From IMG/VR virus record IMGVR_UViG_2534681737_000011: a stretch of 35,827 nt of DNA. One strand, written 5' to 3'. Numbering within the stretch: position 1 is the stretch's first letter; every line of letters starts with the position of its first letter. Below the pieces are notes generated by a model. It was given only the letters and a program-made list of their open reading frames with translations, was not told where the DNA came from and did not search any database. Position numbers and translations under genes: made by a program. Below, in pieces: positions 17,646-26,600 of the stretch. This DNA comes from a virus. Lineage: Duplodnaviria > Heunggongvirae > Uroviricota > Caudoviricetes.

Positions 17646-18122
17646 ATGTCTCAACAATTCAAAGATATTTTTACTGGTGGTCTGGTAAGTATGTTCTATC
17701 AAGCGGACACTACTAATGCCGATCTCTCGGCAGAAAGCTACGAAGAAATTAAAGAGTGTGCTGGTTTTCCTGAAACTGGTATCGAACGCGGTACTGTAGA
17801 AGTTAAATCCTTCTCTTCTCAGTATAACCGTAAACTGGTAGGGAAACTGAACGTTCCTGATCTGACTCTGACCGTTAACTACATCCCAGGTGATGCGGTA
17901 CACGCTAAACTGGATAAGGCAGCCGAAGATGGCACGCGTATTCAGATTAAGATTGAATATTATGTTGATGCTGGTAAGCAGACTGGTATTCGCACCGCTT
18001 TCAACGGCTTTATCTCTAAAGCGGCTATGCAGGGTGGCGATGAAGAAGTCGTAACTAAAGAATATACCTTTGCTGTTGATGGTGCTCCGATCAAACAGGA
18101 AGTGTTTACCGCTGGTGGTTGA
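17646..18122 (+). CDS. major tail (tube) protein, gpV-like
   Basis: 158-aa ORF with AAGGGGTAAT motif; segments (ADLSAESYEE ... GFISKA) recall the lambda gpV N-domain; lies directly upstream of the chaperone pair and tape measure gene. Ends in TGA-A. Confidence 0.6.
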   Translation: MSQQFKDIFTGGLVSMFYQADTTNADLSAESYEEIKECAGFPETGIERGTVEVKSFSSQYNRKLVGKLNVPDLTLTVNYIPGDAVHAKLDKAAEDGTRIQIKIEYYVDAGKQTGIRTAFNGFISKAAMQGGDEEVVTKEYTFAVDGAPIKQEVFTAGG

Positions 18123-18233
18123 ACTTTCGAAGAACAACCCCAGCCAATTCAAGATGAACCTACGGTGATTCCTGAAATTGAGGTTGTTACGGCGAAAGCC
18201 ACAGCTAAACGAAGCCGCAAGGCTAAAGATTAA
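18123..18233 (+). other. stop-free in-frame extension after the major tail TGA (36 codons, ends ...VVTAKATAKRSRKAKD)
   Basis: Translated directly: TFEEQPQPIQDEPTVIPEIEVVTAKATAKRSRKAKD then TAA; same frame as the tail gene; contains the 24-nt block at 18186-18209 identical to 12272-12295. Confidence 0.5.
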
Positions 18234-18238
18234 TTATA

Positions 18239-18267
18239 AGCCCTGCCTTAATGGTGGGGCTTTTTTA
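18239..18267 (+). terminator. rho-independent terminator after the major tail gene and its extension
   Basis: AGCCCTGCC-ttaat-GGTGGGGCT followed by TTTTTT; near-identical to 12331-12357. Confidence 0.7.
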
Positions 18268-18281
18268 TTGGAGTAATCAAA

Positions 18282-18788
18282 ATGGCAAATGTCGTTAAAG
18301 TTCCCGGCTGGATCGGGTCATCGGCTGTATCAGTGACGGGTAAGCGATGGATGAAAGAAGCATTAACAGCTTTAAAAGTTCCGGCTCCGCGTAATATGTC
18401 GGCAATGGCTGGTCGTGGTATGGATACGGTTGTTGCTACTGCTGCATGGTCTACCTCATTGGGTAATAACTGGGGTGTAACTGCTTCAAACTATCCAGTA
18501 ACTGACATGCGCGGTAAAGGATCTATGGAGAACCCCGAAAACGTGGGCGTAGGCCATCTGGTTGGCGTTATCGTTGGTCAATTCAATGGCGGTACTCCTA
18601 CTATGGCTGTATATCTCCAGAACGGTAGAGCGGGGAATATAACCGTTAATTTGGGTGGTGCTGCTGTCACTGTTCCTTATAACAGTATGCAAAGCGGTTT
18701 TCATTACTATTGGTTAAGCAATCCTCCGGCTGCTTTCCTCAATAACATTAAGAAGACTGGCACTAAGCAGACTTTGAAAATCTCTTAA
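18282..18788 (+). CDS. hypothetical tail-module protein
   Basis: 168-aa Gly/Ala-rich ORF with GGAG ribosome-binding site, between the major tail protein and chaperone genes. Confidence 0.5.
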   Translation: MANVVKVPGWIGSSAVSVTGKRWMKEALTALKVPAPRNMSAMAGRGMDTVVATAAWSTSLGNNWGVTASNYPVTDMRGKGSMENPENVGVGHLVGVIVGQFNGGTPTMAVYLQNGRAGNITVNLGGAAVTVPYNSMQSGFHYYWLSNPPAAFLNNIKKTGTKQTLKIS

Positions 18789-18833
18789 ATTCTAAATAAA
18801 TACAGCGTAATCACTATTAATGAGGAAACAATA

Positions 18834-19142
18834 ATGAATCTGAATGAAATGCTGAAAGCTCTTTCTCCGAAACGTGAATCTTTAACCCTCGGAGGATTTA
18901 CGTTCTATGCTCGCCCTATGTCGGTACAAGAATTTAATGAACATGTTTTCAATACTGATAAAAAAGACCGTGATGAACGCTCTATTCTTCGTTGTATTGA
19001 AGATGAAGACGGTAAGCCAGTATTTGAATCTATTGAACAAGTTAAGGCATTGTATACTAGCGTCCGCAGCGAATTAATCGGCTTAGTTGCTCAAGCATCA
19101 TTGATGAAAGATGCGGCGGTAATTGAAAACGAGGTAAAGTAA
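18834..19142 (+). CDS. tail assembly chaperone (gpG-like position)
   Basis: 102-aa ORF with GAGGAA ribosome-binding site, directly upstream of a -1 frame ORF and the tape measure gene. Confidence 0.6.
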   Translation: MNLNEMLKALSPKRESLTLGGFTFYARPMSVQEFNEHVFNTDKKDRDERSILRCIEDEDGKPVFESIEQVKALYTSVRSELIGLVAQASLMKDAAVIENEVK

Positions 19143-19150
19143 ACCCGCTC

Positions 19151-19525
19151 TTGAATTTTTATTTTCGGCAAATGATGCGTCGGGGCTTGAGTAAAGATGA
19201 GATGGATAATATGCCAATTACGCTATTTTGGGCGTTGCATATATTCGATACATATCTTGAACCACAAAGCCCCCTGTTTCAAGATGCGCGACATGCACAG
19301 TCGATGTATTACATGCACGTTACATCTCCTAACATGACTCGTGAATGGTTGAATAAAATCAATGTTAACCAATTCCGAATGATTAAGGACGACAAGCAAT
19401 TTAAAACGCAAGAAGAAATAAAAGAAATTGCTCGTAAGAAAGAGGAAGAACGTAACGCTGCTTTGGTTGATAGTTTTTTCGACGCTTCATTATTACAAAA
19501 GCTCAAGAGCGGACAATTGGGGTAA
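19151..19525 (+). CDS. tail assembly chaperone, gpT-like frame (possibly expressed by -1 frameshift from 18834..19142)
   Basis: ORF in the -1 frame relative to the upstream chaperone, open from 19127; no convincing ribosome-binding site or ATG at its 5-prime end; in the same frame as the tape measure gene, separated from it by one TAA and one codon. Confidence 0.45.
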   Translation: MNFYFRQMMRRGLSKDEMDNMPITLFWALHIFDTYLEPQSPLFQDARHAQSMYYMHVTSPNMTREWLNKINVNQFRMIKDDKQFKTQEEIKEIARKKEEERNAALVDSFFDASLLQKLKSGQLG

Positions 19526-19528
19526 TTT

Positions 19529-21883
19529 ATGACAAGACATATAGTAACAATAGAAGGAGATAATGACGGTCTAAGGAGAAGTACCAATCAGGCGATAGAG
19601 ATGCTTGATAACCTTTCAGAAAGGGCAATGAATCTTGATTTGTCTGGTGGTTTATCTAGTTTAAGTGGAACCCTTCGCGGAACTGGTGGATCGCTTGCTT
19701 TGGCTGCTGGTGGTTTTGTTGGTTTGGCTGCTGGCGCTATTTCTGCTGCAAATGCCATCGGTGATTATGTAAAGGAATACAGCGAAGTTTCAAAAGCAAC
19801 TGGTTTAACCGTCGAAACACTCCAGAAATTAGAGAAGCAATTCTCCGGTACTGGCTTAACCGTTGAGAAATTTGGTGATATTAACAAAGACACCTTAGAT
19901 AAGCTGGCTGATGCATGGCGTAACGGTGGCGGTATTGAAGACGACCTAGAAAGTGTAGGTTTGAAGATTAAAGATTATGCCGAGTTTATGAACGATCCAC
20001 AAGGCGGGATGAAAGCGGCGATCAAGGTCTTCTATGATATGCGCAAGGCTGGTGCGTCTATCGCTGATGTTAAGTTTATGATGGAATCGTTAGCCAGTGA
20101 TTCAAGTCATATGGCTGATGAATTGCAGAAATACGGATCTTATCAGGAAGCTGTAAACGCCATTAATCAGCAAACTGTTAAAATCACCAATGACACAGCC
20201 GAAGAATATAATAAATTCTCTAAAAATATGGATACCCTTACCGATAACTTAAAGGGTATGGCTGCAAATGCACTAAATCCAGTTGTTGAAGGGATGAATA
20301 ATCTTTACAACTGGTTTGATAAAGATTGGGAAAAGACCGCTTTATTCAACGCATTAAAGACTTTTAATGAAAGGTTTGAAAAAGCTCGCCAGAATATGGC
20401 TATGGCTAACGGTGGTTTTATTAACAAGCATGGTTATAGTTCTACTGGTCTAGCGGGTGGACAAGCCAGCTTCAACAATAAACCAAATTATCCTGATCGT
20501 TGGGTGGATAGTGAAGGCGTTACCCGTGATAAAAACGGTGATCCGGTAATTACTATCACTGGAAATAAATCGGATACCGGATTTACCCCAACGGGTCAAG
20601 GTGGAGGCGTCACCGGACCATCGAAAAAAGAACAAGAAGAAGCCAAGAAGAAAGCGGAAGAGGCAGCTAAAAAGGCTAAGGAAGCCGCAGAAAAAGCACA
20701 GAAAGCACGCGAGGATGCAATCAAGCGACTGAATGCTCTTGATGTTAAATTGCAAGGACAGACAGCCGCGTCTATTGCTTCTCAAAACAAGCAGTTAGAA
20801 GCCAGCTTGAAAGATTTAGACACTGCTTTAGATATGGGCTTAATCTCTCAGCAAGACGCAGCCGCTAAACGTCAGCAACTGTTAGATCAGAACGCAGAAA
20901 ACATCTATAAAATGATGTTGGGTGCTGATCCGATTGATGCTCTGAATGCCTTAACAGTTTTGCAACAAATCAGGGACAACGAGCTAGAAAGCCATAAACG
21001 GTTACTTGATGGTAAAGCTATCTCCTACGAAGAATATATGCGTCGTGTGAATGATACCGAGCAAAACTATTCTCAGATTGATAGTCAGTTACAGGGAATG
21101 GATGGTTTTAAAACCAATCAATTGACTAATAGCTTAGACTATCAGGATTCAAATAACCCGTTTGCTAAATTTAATGCAATCGATCAAGAGAAATCGGAAG
21201 CTGAACAAGATTATAAGACCGAAAAACTCAATATTGATGGTATTAATGATCCAGCTAAACGGATGGCTGCATTAGAAAAACTCAATGAAAACCATCAAAA
21301 ACGGATGGCTGCAATTGAAAAGAAATATGCTGATGCTCGCCAGTCAATAGCCGATGATATGTATGGCGGTTTTGCTGCTGCAATGACTCTCTTCGGGCAG
21401 GAAAACACTAAAGCTATGCAGACGGCTTTCAATGCTCATAAAGCATTCTCCATTGGACAAGCGACGGTGAACATGTGGACGGCTGCTACCGATGCATGGA
21501 ACGATCCGACCAACGTAACCACAGGACAAAAGATCGCTGCTGCTGCATTGGCTGTTTCTCAGAACATGGGGAACATCGCAAACATCAAATCGACTAACGT
21601 TAGCGGTATGGCTCATGATGGTATCGATAATATCCCTCGTGAGGGTACATGGTTGCTTGATAAGGGTGAACGAGTAGTTGATCAGCGTACTAACGGTGAT
21701 TTGAAAGACTTCTTATCTGCTCAAAAATCAGGCGGTGGTAACTCTCAGCCGATTGAAGTTAATGCGCCTTTGAACATTAACGGCAACGTTAATAGCTCAG
21801 ACAAGATGGTTATGGATGCTATCAAACGTCACGCTAAGTTAGTTGCTCAGGCGGTAGAAGACGCACAGCGTCGTAAGATGTAA
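19529..21883 (+). CDS. tail tape measure protein
   Basis: 784-aa ORF after the chaperone pair; Gly-rich N-terminal segment, long helical regions (KKEQEEAKKKAEEAAKKAKEAAEKAQKARE), typical position and composition. Confidence 0.8.
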   Translation: MTRHIVTIEGDNDGLRRSTNQAIEMLDNLSERAMNLDLSGGLSSLSGTLRGTGGSLALAAGGFVGLAAGAISAANAIGDYVKEYSEVSKATGLTVETLQKLEKQFSGTGLTVEKFGDINKDTLDKLADAWRNGGGIEDDLESVGLKIKDYAEFMNDPQGGMKAAIKVFYDMRKAGASIADVKFMMESLASDSSHMADELQKYGSYQEAVNAINQQTVKITNDTAEEYNKFSKNMDTLTDNLKGMAANALNPVVEGMNNLYNWFDKDWEKTALFNALKTFNERFEKARQNMAMANGGFINKHGYSSTGLAGGQASFNNKPNYPDRWVDSEGVTRDKNGDPVITITGNKSDTGFTPTGQGGGVTGPSKKEQEEAKKKAEEAAKKAKEAAEKAQKAREDAIKRLNALDVKLQGQTAASIASQNKQLEASLKDLDTALDMGLISQQDAAAKRQQLLDQNAENIYKMMLGADPIDALNALTVLQQIRDNELESHKRLLDGKAISYEEYMRRVNDTEQNYSQIDSQLQGMDGFKTNQLTNSLDYQDSNNPFAKFNAIDQEKSEAEQDYKTEKLNIDGINDPAKRMAALEKLNENHQKRMAAIEKKYADARQSIADDMYGGFAAAMTLFGQENTKAMQTAFNAHKAFSIGQATVNMWTAATDAWNDPTNVTTGQKIAAAALAVSQNMGNIANIKSTNVSGMAHDGIDNIPREGTWLLDKGERVVDQRTNGDLKDFLSAQKSGGGNSQPIEVNAPLNINGNVNSSDKMVMDAIKRHAKLVAQAVEDAQRRKM

Positions 21884-21889
21884 TTAAAA

Positions 21890-21933
21890 GCCCCCATAGT
21901 CATAAATAATCATAAAACTATGGGGGCTTTTCT
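21890..21933 (+). terminator. rho-independent terminator after the tape measure gene
   Basis: GCCCCCATAGT ... ACTATGGGGGC long hairpin followed by TTTTC; the next gene's ribosome-binding site lies within the 3-prime arm. Confidence 0.6.
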
Positions 21934-22494
21934 ATGTTCAAATCCAAGAATATTAAAATCACAGATTTTACTCTTAAATCAAAACAACCTTTCTTCAAGG
22001 CGCAATCTATCTCCGGTAAGTTCCAGCGTCGCTTTACTGGCATTCATTTTTATGAAGCAGAATTTACAGCTAATTTCATGGCTCAGGACATTAACGAAGT
22101 AAAAGAATTTGTAGCACGTCACCTTTTTGGTCGTCCTTTTAGTGTGCCACTGTCTTACTTTTCAAAATATACAGGTGATGTACGCCAGATGGTTACGGCT
22201 GCTGCTGGTACTGCTCGCGGTGGGCGTAAGGTGAGAATCTCCAACTTCACCGGAACACTGAAAGCGGGAACTGTCATCCAGTTTGAGAACCACAAGAAAA
22301 TCTACACGATCACCGAAGACGTGAAATCAGGTGGTGAAATGAAACTCTTCCCTAACTTGCGTCAAAACGTCCTGGCTGGTGAGGTGATCAAGTATCAGAA
22401 CGTAGAAGGCGAATTTGTTCTCAAAACTGAAAATATCGATTGGAAGATCGCCCAGATTGGCAAGATGAAATTCGAATTAGTGGAGAATGTATAA
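21934..22494 (+). CDS. minor tail protein (distal tail, gpM-like position)
   Basis: 186-aa ORF immediately after the tape measure gene; call from synteny. Confidence 0.55.
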   Translation: MFKSKNIKITDFTLKSKQPFFKAQSISGKFQRRFTGIHFYEAEFTANFMAQDINEVKEFVARHLFGRPFSVPLSYFSKYTGDVRQMVTAAAGTARGGRKVRISNFTGTLKAGTVIQFENHKKIYTITEDVKSGGEMKLFPNLRQNVLAGEVIKYQNVEGEFVLKTENIDWKIAQIGKMKFELVENV

Positions 22495-23147
22495 TGGCAA
22501 CTATTCAGGAATCATTCAGCAAACTATGCACTAATCTGGACTTCATCGAGGTCTACAACGACCAGACAGGTCAGAATGTGTCTAGATTGACTCTACCGCA
22601 GCTTTTCTCCACTGGATCGATGTTTCACATTATCGAAGTAGTAACCGCGTCAGGGGACGTTCTACGGCTTACAGATGGGTATTTCGATCTGGACTATAAC
22701 GGATTTACGTATCTCGCAACGGGTGATTTTCTTCAAATCTCATCGAATACCGAAGAGAAGGAGATCAACAACAACGGGATCAACGTAACTGTTTCTAACG
22801 TTCGCGAAGAATACATTACCCTGATTCGAAACAAGCAATTCGATAAATCTGATGTGAAAATCGAGATGGTTTTCCTTAACCCCAACACGGGCAAGGTTGA
22901 AACTACTTACCCTGTTTTCCGTGGGGTAGTCGATTCCATCGGTATTAACATCGAACATGAAGATGATGAGTGTAAAAACGAATCAGAATTTCAGCTTAAT
23001 AGTATCTGGGAAGTTCTAGATAAAAACGCTCGTAGTCATGCCTCCGATGGTATCCACCGATCCTATGTTGGAAACGAGAACGATCTATTCTTCTCAAGGG
23101 CGGGTCGCTGGCAATCAGAAAGCAAGTGGCATTCATCGAAGAAATAA
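22494..23147 (+). CDS. minor tail protein (gpL-like position)
   Basis: Start ATG overlaps the previous TAA (TAATG) with a GGAGA ribosome-binding site 7 nt upstream; the ORF-track start at 22440 lacks this support. Confidence 0.55.
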   Translation: MATIQESFSKLCTNLDFIEVYNDQTGQNVSRLTLPQLFSTGSMFHIIEVVTASGDVLRLTDGYFDLDYNGFTYLATGDFLQISSNTEEKEINNNGINVTVSNVREEYITLIRNKQFDKSDVKIEMVFLNPNTGKVETTYPVFRGVVDSIGINIEHEDDECKNESEFQLNSIWEVLDKNARSHASDGIHRSYVGNENDLFFSRAGRWQSESKWHSSKK

Positions 23148-23193
23148 TCCCTTCTCCCTAAGCCTAGTAAATAACTGCATGGAGGTATTCAAC

Positions 23194-23613
23194 ATGCTAA
23201 AAACTAGGCTTATCACCGATTACATCAATTCTTTAATAGGTCAGGAGTTCGTTCAGGGTGAGAATGATTGCAATCTAATTGCATGTAAGATCATCGATAT
23301 TCTCGCTGGTACTGACCTATATAATTCTCTTTATAAAAAATATTCAACTAAAGAAGAAGGTTTGAAAATCTGCAAAGAATTAAGCGGGTATTCAAATATC
23401 CTTCAACCAATTAAGAAACATTTCAAATTAGTCACTGATGATTTACAGGACGGCGACTTACTGGTCACAGCCCACAAATTAGGAAACCGTAATTATTATT
23501 CCGTAGTTCCTCATTATTCCGGTTATGGCCTCGTTGAAGAAGATGGTATCTGGATGACCATTCCTGTTTCAGACATTGACTATGAACAAGTTTATAGATT
23601 CGGGGGTGAATAA
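23194..23613 (+). CDS. tail assembly protein, gpK-like (NlpC/P60-like Cys/His motifs)
   Basis: GGAGGT ribosome-binding site 8 nt before the ATG at 23194 (the 23038 start would overlap the previous gene); ENDC ... GDLLV ... H pattern suggests a papain-like NlpC/P60 fold. Confidence 0.55.
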   Translation: MLKTRLITDYINSLIGQEFVQGENDCNLIACKIIDILAGTDLYNSLYKKYSTKEEGLKICKELSGYSNILQPIKKHFKLVTDDLQDGDLLVTAHKLGNRNYYSVVPHYSGYGLVEEDGIWMTIPVSDIDYEQVYRFGGE

Positions 23614-26600
23614 TGGGATTTGAAGTATTGGTAGGCGCGGTTATTGCTGGTGCTTCGGCGGGGATGGCGGCAGCCGCAACATTTTCGGTTATGACCGCAG
23701 TCGCTATCGGTATGGCTGCTGGTGCAATGACTTTGATCGCTTCCACTGTAGGCGCACCAAAAACACCTAAAGTACAAAGCCCAGATAATGCGGTGACACT
23801 AGGAACATCAAACGATCCGAAAGCGGTGATACCAGTCGTTTTCGGTACTACCCGCACTGGCACAAACTGTGTTTACAAAGCAGTTTCTAAGCAAGAAAAC
23901 AATAAGCTAGTGCAAATCTTCTCTGTAGCCGAGGGTGAAATCGACCATTACAAAGCACTCTTTATTGATAATAAAAATGTTCTTGTTGGTAAGAACATGA
24001 CGATCCGTGATGGTATTCTCGATAAGGGCAACATTAAAGAAGAATATCGTAAAGTATTAGAAGTCGAGTTCCGCACGGGCAAGAATCCTAACACCGCTTT
24101 GTCGCTGGCAAAACGTCATTTAGGCTCAGACTGGACCGACGCTTTCAAGGGTAACGGCATTGCGACCATGTGTATTGTGTTACGTCGTGATGACAAATCT
24201 CTTGCTGCTGGTGTTGATATTCTCCAGCCAAATAGCCAGGTAGCAGTAGACGTTTGCGGCCTTAAAATCCGTAACCTTGAAACCAATGCTATTGAGGCTA
24301 GCACTAACGGCGTGGATCAGATTTTCCACTACCTAACAAATGAAAAATATGGCTTATCCGTACCAATTGAAAACATTAACGTTGATTCATTCCTGAAAGT
24401 ACGTAAACAAGTACGCCAGATGGATCTACATTCAAACGGTGCATGTGATCCGAACGCCAGCTTTAAAGAGAACTTGACTAATCTTATGCAGACTTTCGGC
24501 GGGGTGATGTTCGAATCCTTTGGACGTATTACGCTGAAACTGGATGCTCCTGATATTGTTAAGCATACCTTCAATGAAGACAATATCATGATGGGTAAGG
24601 TATCACTGAAAACAGGTGGCACTAACGGTTATTTCAATACCATTAACGCGATGTATCAAGAACCATCAATTGACTATTCAGAGCAAATGCTACGTTATCC
24701 GGCTGATGCTGAAAACGATGCTACTGTTCGCGCAGATGGTCGAATTATTGCTAAGGATGTAGAATATCGTTTCGTTAAGTCTAAAGATCAGATTGATAAA
24801 CTCGCGAGCATTGAGCGAAATAAATCTCGTATCACTCAGGTTATCAGCTTTATGACTACTGACGCATTCACTGCCGAAGTTTGGGATGTTATCAGCGTAA
24901 CCTATGATGAATTGAAGCTGAATAATTCCTTATGGCGTATTACTGCAATTGATCGCTCGATTGATTCTGGTATTGCTGGGATGATGACTATCACCGCCAC
25001 AGAATATAATTCTCAGGTTTATACTGACCTGAACTATGCGGCTAACCCAGATAACCGACCAAGTGGTTTACCGGATTCAATGACAGTACAGAAGCCTACT
25101 AATTTCAGGATTAAGGCAACTGGTGAGACGATTTACGGTAAAAACGTTACTTTGACATGGGACGCGCCGGAAGATTTTAACCGTTATGGTTTTCAGATTG
25201 ATTACCGTGTAAGCGGATCACCTAACTGGATTAAGCTGGGACAGACTTCACAGCAAATTTTTAGTGTCAATGCACTGGCTAAAGATCGTTCCTACGATTA
25301 CCGAGTTTGTGCTTTCGGTATCATCGCTCGATCCGATTGGGTAGAACTGGTTAACCAGAATCCGACTGTTACCTATGAATTGCCGACTCCGGTTATTCGA
25401 ATCAAAAATCAGGGTAGCACGCCTGGTACTTTCGAAGGCAATGATCTGATTATCGAATGGGAAAATCAGCAACAATTAGATGTTGAGATCAACGGTGAAA
25501 CTAACAAGTTTAGTGACCTGTTTGAAGCATACATTATCAAGGTGACTAACAAGGCTGGTAAGTCTATTCAGTACCGTACCCGCGATCCTGAATCATGGAC
25601 TTATACGCTTGATATGAACCAGTTTAACGGCCTTTCGCGTCAACTGACGGTAGAAGTATCAGCTAAGGGCTATAACAACTCAGAGAGCGCCCCAGCGCGT
25701 TTAGTGGCTATCAACCCACAACATAAGCCAATGAAAGGTTTTAGTGCGCGTGGTGGCTTTAATACTGCGTTTGTTAGCTGGGCGGATGACGTAGAACATG
25801 ACTATGCAGGGTCAATCATCCAGTATGCAACCGATAACACTTTCTCAGATGCAAGGGCGGTAAGCACGAATAGTGTTAGCCATACTTCCTTTGATTTGGC
25901 AGACGGTGATTATTATATCCGTGGTGCTCACTACGATATTTTCGGTATGGATGATGCTGTTTGGTCTGAACCGTATTTCATGCAAATGAAATCTACCATT
26001 AGCTGGGACGATCAGGACAAAGAAGCACTGGAAGACCTGATTGGTTTACAAGACCGCTTAGATGAAACTATCGCGGATGCTATTGCTCAAGCTGGCGCTA
26101 ATGCCGATGCTAAAATTGATGCAATGCATAAGCAAATCACTACCGAAACAGGGCAGACGGTCCAAGCCTCAGCCAATACCTTAAAGAGTCTGATTGCTAC
26201 CAGCGAGCAAGCTAGCTCCACTAAGATTGATCAGGTTAAAGCTGAACTGAAAGGCGATATCACCAAAGAAGTTAGTGCATCTGCTACTACCCTGAAACAA
26301 GCTATTGCTACCAGTGAAGCAGCAAGCGCAAGTAAGATTGACCAAGTTCGGGTAGAAATGGATGGCAAGATTGCTGGTGTGAATCAGGAAGCAGATGTAA
26401 AAATCGATGCTTTGAAGGGAACCATTAACAGCAAATATAATCTGGCGGTTAATGCAGATGGTCGCGTGGCTGGTATTCACATGAGCGCAACCAACGATCC
26501 GGCGCAACCGACGAGAATCATCTTTAATGCTGATAAAATTGCGGTAGCTCCACAGAACGGATCGGAAGTATGCCCGTTTGGTATCGAAGGTAACAAGGTT

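Noticed and set aside
17631-18152. 173-aa minus-strand ORF overlapping the major tail gene
   Set aside because: Lies antisense to a gene with a strong ribosome-binding site and a recognisable tail protein-like product; no start signals of its own.
22440-22494. Upstream extension of the gpL-like gene to the track start at 22440
   Set aside because: The extension would overlap the preceding gene by 55 nt with no ribosome-binding site, whereas the ATG at 22494 has a GGAGA motif and a TAATG stop-start overlap.
23038-23193. Upstream extension of the gpK-like gene to the track start at 23038
   Set aside because: It would overlap the previous gene by about 110 nt; the internal ATG at 23194 has a strong GGAGGT ribosome-binding site.
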